NCBI RefSeq assembly: GCF_006345805.1
Contig: NC_042999.1
Span: 11,594,001 to 11,658,000, forward strand
Source of the DNA: Octopus sinensis
Lineage: Eukaryota
Direction of reading: 5' to 3'
Length of the DNA: 64,000 nt
Shown: positions 62,627-64,000 of the stretch, piece after piece
Layout: every line of letters begins with the position of its first letter
Numbering within the stretch: position 1 is the first letter of the stretch
Made by a program: the position numbers and the translations under genes
The notes under the pieces: model-generated
Databases searched by the model: none
The model's input: the letters and a program-made list of their open reading frames with translations, nothing else
Told to the model about the DNA's origin: nothing

Positions 62627-63570
62627 CACACACACACACACAAGACAGGCTTCTTTCGGTTTCCGCCTAGCAAATCCGCTTATAAGGCTATGTCAGCCTA
62701 AGTCTATAGTAGAGGACCCTTGCCCAAGGTGCCACGCGGTGGGACTGAACCCGGAACTACGTGGTTACGAAGCAACCTTCTTACCACGCTGCCACGCCTA
62801 TATGTATGTGTGTGTGTGGGGGGGGGTATCGTTTATTCGTCGGTTGACAGTGAGAGGAATCTGGTTGTATTGAAACCCTGACTTTGGCGTATCTCTCTGA
62901 TAATATCGATCCCAGGAGTTATTGTGGTCGGGTATTTTATCGATCACCACTTTTTGAATAAAGGGGCTCAACTGGACAAACAGCAAACATACACATAGAC
63001 ACATACATACGTCAATATATAATACACACACACACACACACTCAAATACACATACATGGATATAAATATTTATTTCTATATTGCCCACAAGGGGTGGGGG
63101 CTAAACACAGAGGGGACAAACAAGGACAGACATAGGTATTAAGTCGATTATATCGACCCAGTGCGTAACTGGTACTTAATTTATCGACCCCAAAAGGATG
63201 AAAGGCAAAGTCGACCTCGGCGGAATTTGAACTCGGAACGTAACGGCAATACCGCTAAGCATTTCGCCCGGCCTGCTAACCATTCTGCCCGCTCGCCGCC
63301 CAACGTGCTTATAAATATTGTCTTATATACACATATTCGTTTCTATATTATATGTATATATAATATATGCACTTATAATTTTATATTTTATTCATGGCTA
63401 TACTTTGTATATAATATATTATAAACATAGTTTCACAGACACACACACAATTGCTGATTATTTTATACTTTATATATGCACATACACGCATTCATGTACA
63501 TACATATATATGTGTATGTGTGTGTATATATGTATATATACATGTGTGTATGTATGTATGCATACATACA

Positions 63571-64000
63571 CTCGGTAGACCCAGGAAAACCTGGAACGAG
63601 GTGGTGAAGCACGACCTTTGCACTTTAGGTCTCACCGAAGAAATGACCAGAGACCGAGACCTTTGGAAGTATGCTGTGTGTGAGAAGACCCAGCAAGACA
63701 AGTGAGGCCATAACCCATGGCCCCTACCTGGGACGTAGTCAGTCCACCTGTGCATACCTTCCCTCTTCTTGGGACACATAACTCTACTTGTGAAGACCTG
63801 TTGAGGCAAGTGAAAATCAGAAAATCAAAAAATCAAATCGAAATCAATCAACATCAATGGAATTTGTAGTTGTGATACCAGTGCCGGTGGCACGTAAGAG
63901 AACCATCCGAACGTGGCCATAGCCAGCACCGCATCGACTGGCCTCCGTGCCGGTGGCACGTAAAAAGCACCATCCGAGCGTGGCCGTTCGCCAGCCTCAT
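63571..64000 (+). mobile_element. 5'-truncated RTE-clade LINE: ORF2 C-terminal tail plus 3'UTR (runs off the window)
   Basis: LGRPRKTWNEVVKHDLCTLGLTEEMTRDRDLWKYAV matches the RTE C-terminal GRPRKTW...DL...DR..W motif. The stop is at 63705 and family-A sequence follows. Confidence 0.8.

Overview
AT-rich eukaryotic (metazoan) genomic DNA that is dense in microsatellites and repeats. The tRNA-headed SINE families and the (TA)n/(TG)n landscape look like an Octopus (coleoid cephalopod) genome; this is an inference from repeat families, not a database match. I cannot confidently identify any host protein-coding gene. Most ORFs in the supplied track are microsatellite or SINE read-throughs. Well-supported features are: one intact tRNA-Leu(AAG) at 56776-56857; a dead, 3'-truncated Tc1/mariner element with DD36E catalytic spacing at about 58616-59659 (minus); two complete non-autonomous Helitrons (1966-2349 and 10450-10848); a fossil Jockey/CR1-type LINE at about 23.3-25.3 kb; an RTE LINE 3' end; hAT-type and piggyBac-type MITEs; many SINEs; and three degenerate minisatellite arrays. 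The most notable signal is a set of about a dozen long hairpins or palindromes (arms about 26-170 bp, several of them perfect), mostly embedded in (TA)n. One of them carries a canonical minimal type-I hammerhead ribozyme in its loop (50476-50518, minus). Degenerate hammerhead motifs occur in related elements (34.65-34.8 kb, 49.07 kb, 49.94-50.0 kb, 28.9 kb), which points to non-autonomous Penelope-like or retrozyme-type elements. Candidate orphan exons and CpG-depletion domains are reported at low confidence. No CRISPR or prokaryotic features are present.
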